Part shown: one piece after another, positions 1-8,833 of the stretch
How the letters are laid out: every line of letters begins with the position of its first letter
Numbering within the stretch: position 1 is the first letter of the stretch
Virus record (IMG/VR): IMGVR_UViG_3300022538_000807
Span: 1 to 60,018 of that record
Direction: 5' to 3' (one strand)
From: a virus
Lineage: Duplodnaviria > Caudoviricetes
Length of the DNA stretch: 60,018 nucleotides
Translations under genes and position numbers: made by a program
Notes under the pieces: model-generated
Seen by the model: the letters and a program-made list of their open reading frames with translations, nothing else
Database searches by the model: none
What the model was told of the DNA's origin: nothing

Positions 1-141
1 TCTATCTGCATCAAGTTCACTTTTGTAGCGTGAGGAGATTCCAAAATTTCTTTTAATTTGGTAAGGCTTAGTTCTAATAAACCTTCACACGTCTTCTCTC
101 TTTTCTTATCCATTGATTGACCTCCTAATTTTAAATAGTAA
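1..141. repeat. Terminal direct repeat, copy 1 (circular assembly overlap)
   Basis: 1-141 (TCTATCTGCATC...TTTTAAATAGTAA) is identical to 59878-60018 and cuts through a gene; 141 bp matches a common assembler k-mer overlap. Confidence 0.95.
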
Positions 142-672
142 AAAATAGGCTTTGATAAGCTTTTTGTCTAATTTATTCAACTCTTGATTTTTAAATAAAC
201 GAGTACCCAAGCTTTTTTCATATATATTTCCATTTTCCCACAATTCAAGCATGCTTATTCTACTTTTTATTCTTCTTTCTTTTTCAGATCTTGAACATAA
301 CCAACATAGATTTGATTTAACTAATTCTCTTCCCCGAACTCCAACAATTCTTTCTTTTTTACATTCGGGACATTCAATTTTGATTTTTTCATCAATTACA
401 TAAATATAATTTTCTGGTCTCGTCTTCAAATTACGTTTTTGTAAACTAATAAATCTTTGGGCACAAGTAGGATTACAAAACTTCATTTTTCTTTTTTTCA
501 TTTCACACTTTTTCCGTATAAATAATTTTCCACAAAAATCACATTTCATTTCAATTAATGCCAATTGAATTTTTGCTTTTTCATAACATCTACGACAACA
601 ATATTTTCTATTTTTATGAACAAAAGCTTCAAACTCTTTTTTACACTGTTTACAAATCTTTTTAATCGTCAT
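106..672 (-). CDS. Multi-CxxC zinc-finger protein, resembling DNA-binding modules of phage HNH/homing endonucleases
   Basis: Repeated units CKQCKKEF...YCCRRC and CDFCGKLF...FCNPTC, plus CPEC...CWLC; very basic; no clear HNH catalytic motif. Confidence 0.55.
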   Translation of the reverse strand: MTIKKICKQCKKEFEAFVHKNRKYCCRRCYEKAKIQLALIEMKCDFCGKLFIRKKCEMKKRKMKFCNPTCAQRFISLQKRNLKTRPENYIYVIDEKIKIECPECKKERIVGVRGRELVKSNLCWLCSRSEKERRIKSRISMLELWENGNIYEKSLGTRLFKNQELNKLDKKLIKAYFLLFKIRRSING

Positions 673-874
673 GATTTTTTGCTCTTATCCCAGAATTCAC
701 CTAAAGCATTGAATTTCTCTTTGTACCGAGAGTTCACTCCAACCCTCCACGAGTCTTTTCCAGTGCTTGTGAAAAGACATGTGGACAATTCCACGTTGGA
801 CAGCCAGCATGTTTTCCAATTACATATAATGCACCGCAAACTGGGCAACAAATAAACTCAAGTTCTATGCTCAT

Positions 875-1081
875 TTAATCCTCCTTTTTAATTTTTTCTT
901 GATGAACAAATTGATGGTCAAAAGCTCTTCGAGCTGCTTCTAGTATTTTCTCGTTACCATGAATGGATAAAGTCCCATATATTCCACACAACCACCAACG
1001 AAAGTGATCCTTACCAAGCTTCTCCTCTGCCTTTTTCCAAAGCTTTCCAAAGCCAATATAGATTTCTTTTGTAGTAATCAT
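875..1081 (-). CDS. Hypothetical early protein
   Basis: 68 aa ORF with AAGGAGG SD, packed head to tail with neighbours. Confidence 0.6.
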   Translation of the reverse strand: MITTKEIYIGFGKLWKKAEEKLGKDHFRWWLCGIYGTLSIHGNEKILEAARRAFDHQFVHQEKIKKED

Positions 1082-1260
1082 TCATTCCTCCTTTATTTTT
1101 TCTGTTTTTAACTCTTCGGTTTTTGGTTTAGGACATTCAGGATGTATATCAAACAAATTAACAACCATCGGTCTCCATACATCACTGAAATTACAGAGCC
1201 CCTCACCTTCGCCAATGGCTATGCAATCAGGACAGTCTGCGCATGGATATTTTTGTATGC

Positions 1261-1530
1261 TCATCTGCTCTTCTCCCGATAGAACGCCGACTCGCAATCC
1301 TTACCACAGAAATCGCTTGTCTCCGGAATCTCCTTGCAGCAGACCGGACACAGGTTCTCACCATCCTCCGCCTCTTTCAGGCAACTCTCGCACAGAAGCT
1401 CCCCATCGCACTCGAACAGCTCGTCCTGCAGGCACTCGTGGGGGCAGCGGTCGCACTTGTCCATCTTGACGATGCCGGTGAGGTTTGCCATGTGCCTTGC
1501 GAGGTCTTTTTTATCCATTAAAATATCCAT
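1261..1530 (-). CDS. Small Cys-rich zinc-binding protein
   Basis: CDRC, CESC, CPVCC and CGKDC motifs; GGGAGG SD. Confidence 0.55.
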   Translation of the reverse strand: MDILMDKKDLARHMANLTGIVKMDKCDRCPHECLQDELFECDGELLCESCLKEAEDGENLCPVCCKEIPETSDFCGKDCESAFYREKSR

Positions 1531-1541
1531 GTTTTCCTCCC

Positions 1542-1898
1542 TTATCTAAGAAAATTAATAGTTCTTACTTTACATTCATCAGAACCATGAAGCAAAACAA
1601 ATATTTCTGTCATCAACCAATAATCACGAGGTGATTCAGGCGTTCTTTCGAACAGCTCTTTAAGAAGCCCACACTTCTCACACGCATCATTTAATTCTGG
1701 CATGATTTCCTCCTTTCTTTCATTCCACACCTCTATCGCATCGGATAATTGTTCAGCCCAGGGCCCAACCGCACCGCAATTCATGCAGCGAATAACCCTA
1801 TTTCTGTCTTCATCATAAGCATCCTCCCCCTCGTCTTTCCCACAGAATGGGCAGGGCTTGATCTCCTTGCCGGCTATTATGGTTTTTTCGTTAGGCAT
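1542..1898 (-). CDS. Lar-family restriction-alleviation-like protein fused in frame to a small C-terminal domain
   Basis: IKPCPFCG...RCMNCGAVGP...AIEVWNER is the Lar-type pattern. Start reassigned to ATG 1898 (AAGGAGG SD); a second SD+ATG lies at 1703. Confidence 0.65.
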   Translation of the reverse strand: MPNEKTIIAGKEIKPCPFCGKDEGEDAYDEDRNRVIRCMNCGAVGPWAEQLSDAIEVWNERKEEIMPELNDACEKCGLLKELFERTPESPRDYWLMTEIFVLLHGSDECKVRTINFLR

Positions 1899-1921
1899 GA
1901 TTTTCCTCCTTTTTTTATGAT

Positions 1922-2212
1922 TTATTGTACCCACAAAGTTATCAACACATAATCATCAAAATCTTTCCCATACCAACCTTCAAGCATCCTAATTAACCTT
2001 TCTTTTATTTCACCAATACCTAAGTCTACGCTTGCCAAATCATCAGTTATTTCTTTCTTTTTTATAGGACAAATACCAATTACTTTAGCTTTAAATTTTC
2101 CTATTGGGGTAATCATTGTATAAGTATTACTAAGCTTGTATCTTCCTGTGTTTTTTCTGATGGTTGTAAAAATAACCCAACCTAATTTTTCATAATTTTT
2201 AGTAAATTTCAC
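1922..2212 (-). CDS. ASCH/PUA-like small protein (tentative)
   Basis: KFTKNYEKL...FTTIRK...EITDDLASVD resembles ASCH-type proteins; probable GTG start at 2212 after AAGGAGG. Confidence 0.4.
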   Translation of the reverse strand: MKFTKNYEKLGWVIFTTIRKNTGRYKLSNTYTMITPIGKFKAKVIGICPIKKKEITDDLASVDLGIGEIKERLIRMLEGWYGKDFDDYVLITLWVQ

Positions 2213-2515
2213 CTCTCCTCCTTTTTTATATATCCAACGCATGCCATCTCTTCCGGCAACGGACGCAAAACACGAAGTTCCATCCGTCTTCTGAAATAAC
2301 AATGCGCTTGTGAAAGCCTAGTTTGCATAGTAGCTTTCTAATCATTTATTCTCCCTCTTGATTCTTTTCTACTGGAATACAAAACTTACCACATTTATGA
2401 CAATATGGTTTTCTTATGGTTAGTTCATAATCCCATGAATGTTTAGGATTTTTAACGCCTTTTTTTGGTGTCCACCCATGATGTTCTCCAACTAAAGCCC
2501 CACAACAATCAGATT

Positions 2516-2656
2516 TCATTGCTTGCCTCCTTTACATTCATCAGTGCCATGAAGCAAAACAAAAAGCTCTGTCATCAGCCAATAATCCCGATCCGATTTG
2601 GGCGTCCTTTCAAAAAGCTCTTTAAGGCGTTTGCACTTTATGCAATTTTCAGGCAT
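2516..2656 (-). CDS. 46-aa protein, paralog of the C-terminal domain of 1542-1898
   Basis: Hand translation MPENCIKCKRLKELFERTPKSDRDYWLMTELFVLLHGTDECKGGKQ; below the ORF-track cutoff. Confidence 0.75.
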   Translation of the reverse strand: MPENCIKCKRLKELFERTPKSDRDYWLMTELFVLLHGTDECKGGKQ

Positions 2657-2845
2657 TTTCTTCCCTTTCAGGATAATCACCTATATATTCAATATCAAAG
2701 CTATCTCCGCCCCCCAAATCAAAACCGTAGTCGCAGTGCTCATAGGGGTCGATATTTTGTTCAGCACAGAATTCTTTCCAATCCTCCCAATTTGTTACAT
2801 AGTGGATACTACCCATTCCGATTCCCATTTTCTCCTCCTTTTTTT

Positions 2846-2976
2846 ATGAACGCAGTCGCCGCCGGCAGGGTCTTGAACCAACAGAAATAATGACCAGATT
2901 TAGTCATTGCTTGATGACCAGATTTGGTCATTACCATCCAGCCAGTTCGGCAACCTTGGATTTTCCAGCCGTTCAT
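2846..2976 (-). ncRNA. Candidate small structured RNA or tandem palindromic operator pair
   Basis: Intergenic; palindromes at 2890-2907 and 2914-2931 enclosed by complementary arms 2854-2866/2941-2955 and 2846-2852/2970-2976. Confidence 0.45.
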
Positions 2977-3486
2977 CTCTTCTTTATCTCAACCTGTCCT
3001 TTTCGCATTCAGCTAATGGCTGATGATGAGCAGAACACCACCATATCCAATAGCCCTTAATAATTGTTATGCAAAAGCGTGAATCGCATTTGACGGAATA
3101 ATCTCTTTTGGCTAAAGCGCTATTTGTCCCCTTTGCTATAACACCAGGTGCTTCATTCCAGTCCTCTTTATCAATCCATTCTTTGTCATTTCTTGTCATT
3201 TCCCCCTCCTCACAAACCCCTTCCACAAAAGCCCGATGATTATCGCCACAAGGCAAACCAAAAGACCGCTAGTAATTGCCATAAGGAAAATTTCGTGAAA
3301 TTCGAGTGCCATCTACATTTCCCTTGAATAATTCTCTTCGATAGTATAACTGTGAAAAATCGAACCGTCCGGTTCTATCAAAATAATATGGTCGCCACTT
3401 CTGTAGGCTTTTGCATCCGCATAAAAGAATCCGGCTTCTCGGTAAATTTTGCCCTTGTGTTTAATCGTTTCTGTTAAATGTGGCAT

Positions 3487-3678
3487 TTAACCCTCTTGTG
3501 TTTTAATAGCCCGACTGACAACCATCCCATCGTTAATAAATTTAACTTGCCACAATTCAACCCCATAATTCACAGCGGAATTCAGTTGCTTGATGAATGA
3601 GACTAGTTTAGCCTCGCCTTCATATTTTGTTTCAGTCAAAGGCTGTTCATAAATACTTACGATATCGCCTTTTTTCAC
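3487..3678 (-). CDS. Hypothetical protein (SH3/KOW-like start)
   Basis: 63 aa, begins KKGDIV, AAGGAGG SD. Confidence 0.55.
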   Translation of the reverse strand: MKKGDIVSIYEQPLTETKYEGEAKLVSFIKQLNSAVNYGVELWQVKFINDGMVVSRAIKTQEG

Positions 3679-3920
3679 CCTCTCCTCCTTTCCTCTCTCA
3701 TATATCTGATTGCGACAAATGCGAAACAGAGCATGAAGATGGATTCAATCATTTAATCTTCCTTTGACCCTGATTATATTCAACAAATGTGGTATGACTC
3801 CTTGTTAAAAAATGATCGCATTTAAAACATATCCATCCCCAATGATGTTCCCTTAAATCTGTGCACCCACATTCAGGACACTTGGGTTCTCCAATAATTA
3901 TTGTTTCCATCTAATCCTCC

Positions 3921-4109
3921 CTATTGATTAATCGCCTGTCTGAACGATATGACGTGCCTATCGAACACAATTTCATCTTTGAGCATAGAATCAGTAATCG
4001 ATTTTTCCAGCTTTTTAAATTCTCGATTTTCTTCTCGTGTCACACCCTTGTCGCATCCTTTTTTATAAAGGATGCTTAATCTTGTGATTTTCTCACCTAG
4101 GTCTTTCAT
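3921..4109 (-). CDS. Hypothetical early protein
   Basis: 62 aa with AAGGAGG SD. Confidence 0.55.
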   Translation of the reverse strand: MKDLGEKITRLSILYKKGCDKGVTREENREFKKLEKSITDSMLKDEIVFDRHVISFRQAINQ

Positions 4110-4122
4110 GGTTTCCTCCTTT

Positions 4123-4344
4123 TTATTTTTTATTTTTCAAAGCACTTCCTGTGCTAATCTTTTCTTTGATGGCTCTTTTATTTCTTCTTTTCGGTTCTAA
4201 TTTTCTTTCAGAAGCCTCAATAAAAATATCGCAAATTTCACATCGTGGTTCTAACATGGGCTCTGAATAAGACCAAACATCCCCACATTGCTCACCACTT
4301 AAATCACATATCATAAATTTCATAACTTTATATGGCACTTTCAT
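4123..4344 (-). CDS. Hypothetical Cys-containing protein
   Basis: 73 aa; ATGA overlap with the upstream methylase. Confidence 0.5.
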   Translation of the reverse strand: MKVPYKVMKFMICDLSGEQCGDVWSYSEPMLEPRCEICDIFIEASERKLEPKRRNKRAIKEKISTGSALKNKK

Positions 4345-4841
4345 CTCTCTCCCTCTATTTTTTTATAAACATGAACACACCGTAATTTATGCCATATTCT
4401 TGTTTCCATAAAAATGCGTTCTACCAAAGCCGTTCCCTTTAATCTGGGAGTAGCTAAATAGTGATACATAACAATATATCCACTTGGCTTCGTAACCCGA
4501 ACGGCTTCTTGAGTATATTTTTTGAAACTCAATTTTCCAGTTCCGTAGAGTTTTTTGGAGTATTTATCACTATAAGGAGGATCTAAAACAACTAAATCAA
4601 ATTCGTTGTCTTTAAACATATTTAAATCATGGGCATCCCCCACTATATCAGGATTAACCTCGGCATTAATATCTATTCGTATACCATATTCAGCATGTCC
4701 ACCAAAAGGATGTAAAATTTTATGCTTTTCTGGATCAATATTTAATTCTTTTATTAATTTAGTTTCAAAATGCAAAGGGAATCCTCCTTTGTATCGTGTC
4801 TTTCTTGGTCTAGGCAAAACCCATGCTAACGTTTTAATCAT
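4341..4841 (-). CDS. Compact amino-(N6-adenine type) methyltransferase
   Basis: SAM-binding LHPFGG...RIDIN...GDAHDL and catalytic FDLVVLDPPY motif. Confidence 0.75.
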   Translation of the reverse strand: MIKTLAWVLPRPRKTRYKGGFPLHFETKLIKELNIDPEKHKILHPFGGHAEYGIRIDINAEVNPDIVGDAHDLNMFKDNEFDLVVLDPPYSDKYSKKLYGTGKLSFKKYTQEAVRVTKPSGYIVMYHYLATPRLKGTALVERIFMETRIWHKLRCVHVYKKIEGER

Positions 4842-5019
4842 TTATTTTCTTCTCCGTTTGTATCATATCTTTTAATTCCTTTAATATTTCCGTGGGAACT
4901 ATCTCAAATCCACGGGAATAAAGCGCTTTAATGACTTCGGAGAAATTAGACAAAGACTTAAATTCCTTCCAATCTTTCAATTCTAAGGCAAACTTCTTTT
5001 TCATCTCACCTCTCCTCCT

Positions 5020-5229
5020 TTATATATTCAGCTTTTTTTCAAGCCTTTCAATCTTCTTTAATAAATATGCTTTATCATTCTGGATTCGTCTCCAGTATTC
5101 TCTTTGCTCATCAGGATTACAGAATTCCTGCCAGCCTCTTTTGGGAATAAAGAGTTTTCCGCAAAGCTTACACTTTTTCTTTACAACGTCGTTTGTTTCT
5201 TTCTTAATCATCTGCATCACCTCTATCAT
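5020..5229 (-). CDS. Small zinc-finger protein, first gene of the early arm
   Basis: CKLCGKLFIPKRGWQEFC; directly downstream of the promoter at 5238-5266. Confidence 0.55.
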   Translation of the reverse strand: MIEVMQMIKKETNDVVKKKCKLCGKLFIPKRGWQEFCNPDEQREYWRRIQNDKAYLLKKIERLEKKLNI

Positions 5230-5237
5230 TTAGCTTG

Positions 5238-5266
5238 AATATAATACATTATATAAAGCCTGTCAA
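5238..5266 (-). promoter_or_regulatory. Sigma70-type early promoter
   Basis: Minus strand TTGACA (5266-5261), 17 bp spacer, TATATT (5243-5238). Confidence 0.7.
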
Positions 5267-5441
5267 GCAAAATCTTTGATATTGGGGGGTGAAATTTACC
5301 CCCCTCCAAAGACTAGTCGTTTTTGATAAAAAAGCAGAGAAATCCCTTTTGAAGTTTACCTTTAATTGATTTGTTGTTAAACTATAATTTGACACGCTTT
5401 TAAGCGTGAATGATTCTCCTTGAATAAGGAAAATCGGTAGG

Positions 5442-6719
5442 TTATCTCTTCACTTCTTTGCAGGTTTGTGCGGTGGCCTCGACCCGTTCCCAGTCGATGA
5501 TATCCATCTCCCAATGCTCTTTCCAGTTATTATTAGTTGTTGTTTTCTCGCTGTATATCTCCATCAGCCATAGACAGTAGATGCCGTGCTTTTTATAATT
5601 CTTACACTGTTGCATATAGTATTTAACCAACTTCTTCATATCATCTGGGCTACCCTGATAAAAATTAGTCCCAGGAATCTTGAATCCGTTTGTTCTGTAG
5701 GGATATGCCCCTCCATCTCCACTCAATTCATATCTCTTCCACTTGCTTCCTAACCATTTAAGTGCATCTAGATTCTCTGTAATATTCTTTAGGCAACCAT
5801 ATCCATGCTTTTCGGCAAGGATGGATTTTGTAGGAATAGCCCTATCAAAACGTGGGTCTCCGTGAATCTGTCCGCATTTTCCGCATGGCAGGGGTTCATT
5901 CAAATAGATTTGTCCGCCCTCAGAAAGCGAGAGGTCACACTTGATTTTATCAATCGTTGTATCCCCTCTGCCCATTAAATGGTCAGCAATATTAAAATGA
6001 AGCCTTCCTATTTTATGGAATACTTCCGTACTGCCTCCGTGCATCAGTTCATTGGCAATTTTAATCATTGGTTTATAATTCACATCCTTATAAGCCTCCC
6101 GATACATACGGCATATATTGCGAACTAGTGCCCTGAGATATTTCCATTTACTTTCATCATGCCAACGGATTGCCTTTCTGGTATAGTCATCACGCATAAT
6201 TATGCAGTATTCAACCTCAATCCCCACTTCCCTATGTAACCTGATGAACGTTCTTAATAGCTGATAATACCTGAGTTCGTTTTTGTCTAAATTAGCACCG
6301 CCACCAATGAGCTTTTTCTTCCAGGGGCATTTCCCGTCAAGATGCCTGTGCTCTCCTCTGCCTGACCATATCCATCCCAAAATCTCATCTACAGAATAGC
6401 CATATGATGCAAATTTATAAAGTACCTCCCTGGCTTCCTTTATTGTTGCTGCCTGATCTTCTGTCTCCCATGCCTGATACAGAAACCATAGAAAGAACGT
6501 GCCCCCAAAGTGAAGCCTATCATCCTTTTCGGGAAGCGGTGGTGGAGGTGGTGTAGGTGGCGGTGACGAAGGATTGATCTCTTGATTCCAGTATTTATTC
6601 AGCTCATCCTGACCCTTCTTTATTTTATCATACTTGTCCCTCAGAAATGGGTTTATCTTCTCATTTACAAAATCCCTTATGCTTATTACTTCTTGCCTAT
6701 CTTCCTTGTCCATCGCCAT
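5442..6719 (-). CDS. Pro-linker protein with a possible TIM-barrel glycoside-hydrolase-like domain; last late gene
   Basis: N-terminal helix, SSPPPTPPPPPLP linker, then a ~350 aa alpha/beta domain with KIANE (NE-type acid/base-like motif). Function tentative. Confidence 0.35.
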   Translation of the reverse strand: MAMDKEDRQEVISIRDFVNEKINPFLRDKYDKIKKGQDELNKYWNQEINPSSPPPTPPPPPLPEKDDRLHFGGTFFLWFLYQAWETEDQAATIKEAREVLYKFASYGYSVDEILGWIWSGRGEHRHLDGKCPWKKKLIGGGANLDKNELRYYQLLRTFIRLHREVGIEVEYCIIMRDDYTRKAIRWHDESKWKYLRALVRNICRMYREAYKDVNYKPMIKIANELMHGGSTEVFHKIGRLHFNIADHLMGRGDTTIDKIKCDLSLSEGGQIYLNEPLPCGKCGQIHGDPRFDRAIPTKSILAEKHGYGCLKNITENLDALKWLGSKWKRYELSGDGGAYPYRTNGFKIPGTNFYQGSPDDMKKLVKYYMQQCKNYKKHGIYCLWLMEIYSEKTTTNNNWKEHWEMDIIDWERVEATAQTCKEVKR

Positions 6720-6739
6720 TTGACTCTCCTTAGGAATGC

Positions 6740-7090
6740 TTATTTTTTGTCGCTGGGAATCGTCTCTTTCGGGTCTCTGGGGTCAAGAATATTCCATGCC
6801 TGAAATACTATAGTGGGTGAACCTGTCTCCCCTATTAAATCTTTAAGAAGCGTAATATCCTCAGAAGAGAGATCAATCTCACTTCCAGCCTTATGAATCT
6901 GAAATGCCAATCCGCCACGTCGATTTTTCTCCACTCCATTAATGGGATGTATTGGCTGCCTTGTTTTTGGATCAACTTTTTCCATACCAAGTACATTTTC
7001 GCAAGCTTGTCTTAAAGTGAAGTCTTTACCTTGATTTTTAATAGGTTTTTCGTCAAGGCCTTTAAAAACATAATCGAGTTTAATTTTCAC
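6740..7090 (-). CDS. Tail-fibre-associated small protein
   Basis: Downstream of the fibre; pattern KGLDEKPI...EKNRR...IDLSSEDITLLKDLIG resembles small proteins next to tail fibres. Confidence 0.5.
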   Translation of the reverse strand: MKIKLDYVFKGLDEKPIKNQGKDFTLRQACENVLGMEKVDPKTRQPIHPINGVEKNRRGGLAFQIHKAGSEIDLSSEDITLLKDLIGETGSPTIVFQAWNILDPRDPKETIPSDKK

Positions 7091-7231
7091 GGTTGTCTCC
7101 TTTAATTATTTTGGGTTTAGATTTGATAGCCAAACCAAAATCTTCTGAAATCTTATCATTTCCAATTATTAACTTCCTTGCGGACTTTGGCAATCGTATT
7201 TTCAACTCATCCTTCTCTTTTTGTAATTTTA

Positions 7232-7492
7232 TCATAGATATCCGTTGTCATCAAGCCATGTTTTTAACTCTGATAGCTTCGCTATTCTTTGCCGTGCCCA
7301 AGTAACGGAATAATCAGGATGAATATCGAGAATTTTTTTCACTTCAGCTAATCTAGCTGTATCATCCACAATTTCAGCCTTGTCTTTCTCCAGCCTACTT
7401 ATCCCATTGTATAGAGCTTGCATCTCATTGGTGCACATCTCTATCCTTGAGATGATTACGCTGAAATCACGCCATCCTTGTTTGTCTGCCAT
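7232..7492 (-). CDS. Tail-fibre partner/chaperone-like helical protein; paralog of 28847-29179
   Basis: Follows the fibre gene; ungapped match to 28847-29179 (WRDF, KAEIxDD, KILxIHPDYSV, WLxDNGY). Confidence 0.6.
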   Translation of the reverse strand: MADKQGWRDFSVIISRIEMCTNEMQALYNGISRLEKDKAEIVDDTARLAEVKKILDIHPDYSVTWARQRIAKLSELKTWLDDNGYL

Positions 7493-7504
7493 GTTAATCT
7501 CTCC

Positions 7505-8824
7505 TTATGTTCCTATGAAAAACACCTTGACCGTCTTTGCCGCTGCCCATGTGTTCTCAACCGTCAGTAAATTAGCGGCTATATAGACATTAATCTTGTC
7601 ATTTGTTCCTTGTGTTGTAGTGAAGTTGGCGTTCTGGTTGATGACTACCAATGCCGCACCATCAATATGATAAACTCCGCTTGTCGTATCTGTGACATTC
7701 TCAACAATGATGATTCCCGTCCATGAATCAGGAATCGTTGTCACAAAAGTATCATTGTCGGCCAGTGCAGCGGAGAGCGTTCCAGCCCTAACATAACCAG
7801 TATTATAAGTGCGGAATTTACTGATGGCTGAAACCCTCAAATCCATAAGTGCATTCGGATTGCCACTTGCTGAACCATCCCCCAAATTCGTTTCTGTAAC
7901 ATCCATAAGCAAACCGACATAATTCCCTGTAGCTGGCGCAATGCCCATATTGATTTTAGGCTCGAGATACATCCATGCCTGTTCTGCGTCCGCATCGATG
8001 AGTTCGACGTTGGCATTAGATTCAAAGCTAACATAATGATTGACGGGAATATCGTTAACAAGAATATGCCTTAACCTATTATAGGTCTTAATATTTAAAC
8101 TATAACTAGCATTTATTTCAGCCCAATTAATATATAACTTATTTGTACCTGCAGCACTAAATATATACATAGTTAGATCTGTTGCGGCATTCAACCCAAA
8201 ATCAGTATTGATATCCCCCCTATCGCAGAGAATAAATGTTCTCAAAGCCTCATCAAGCCCTAATCTTGTATCTGATCCCGCTAAACCCTCCGCTTGAGTC
8301 TCCTGAATTAGGGAATAATAAGCTCCGCTTTGAAGAAGTATTGTCGGCTTGTCATCAGCGGTGAATCCAAACCGTATCCGTGAATCTAAATCCAAATCGA
8401 CAAGATTAATCTCAGGGAATCCCGTAGGAGTTATTAAGCCTGTAAAATCCCCTCCGATATCGGCGACATCGCAGAAAATTAGCCCCCTCTTTGGGTCTAT
8501 GGGAAGCCCCCAGATCACAGCGTCGTTCGTCGTCTCCTCATAAGGAATAAGAATCGCATCAGAACCGTCGCCGCCTATTATCTGCAAATCATCCGAGATT
8601 GGCGTGTCGCCCTGTATTATCTCAAAGCAGGCAGCCGCCTGATAATGGTAGAGTTTCTCATCGTCTGAGTCCGAAACGATCATTCCTGGCTGTATGTTGG
8701 TGAGATTCGTGCAAGGATCGGACATCCTCCAATGGTTCTTGATATGATTTATAAGCGTATCACATAACGGATCATCTACGGTAAAATCCGCCCCTAATAA
8801 GAGGTTTGCTAATCCTGTTGCCAT
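7505..8824 (-). CDS. Tail fibre / receptor-binding protein
   Basis: After the tail-tip genes; acidic, beta-rich, G/T/N/D-rich; internal repeat (IFCDVADIGGDF / ILCDRGDINTDF). Confidence 0.65.
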   Translation of the reverse strand: MATGLANLLLGADFTVDDPLCDTLINHIKNHWRMSDPCTNLTNIQPGMIVSDSDDEKLYHYQAAACFEIIQGDTPISDDLQIIGGDGSDAILIPYEETTNDAVIWGLPIDPKRGLIFCDVADIGGDFTGLITPTGFPEINLVDLDLDSRIRFGFTADDKPTILLQSGAYYSLIQETQAEGLAGSDTRLGLDEALRTFILCDRGDINTDFGLNAATDLTMYIFSAAGTNKLYINWAEINASYSLNIKTYNRLRHILVNDIPVNHYVSFESNANVELIDADAEQAWMYLEPKINMGIAPATGNYVGLLMDVTETNLGDGSASGNPNALMDLRVSAISKFRTYNTGYVRAGTLSAALADNDTFVTTIPDSWTGIIIVENVTDTTSGVYHIDGAALVVINQNANFTTTQGTNDKINVYIAANLLTVENTWAAAKTVKVFFIGT

Positions 8825-8833
8825 TTTGTTCTC

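Noticed and set aside
5280-5440. attP site or divergent repressor promoter (hairpin 5284-5304, palindrome CACGCTTTTAAGCGTG)
   Set aside because: No integrase or plus-strand gene to serve; the hairpin lacks a U tract, so I could not assign a function.
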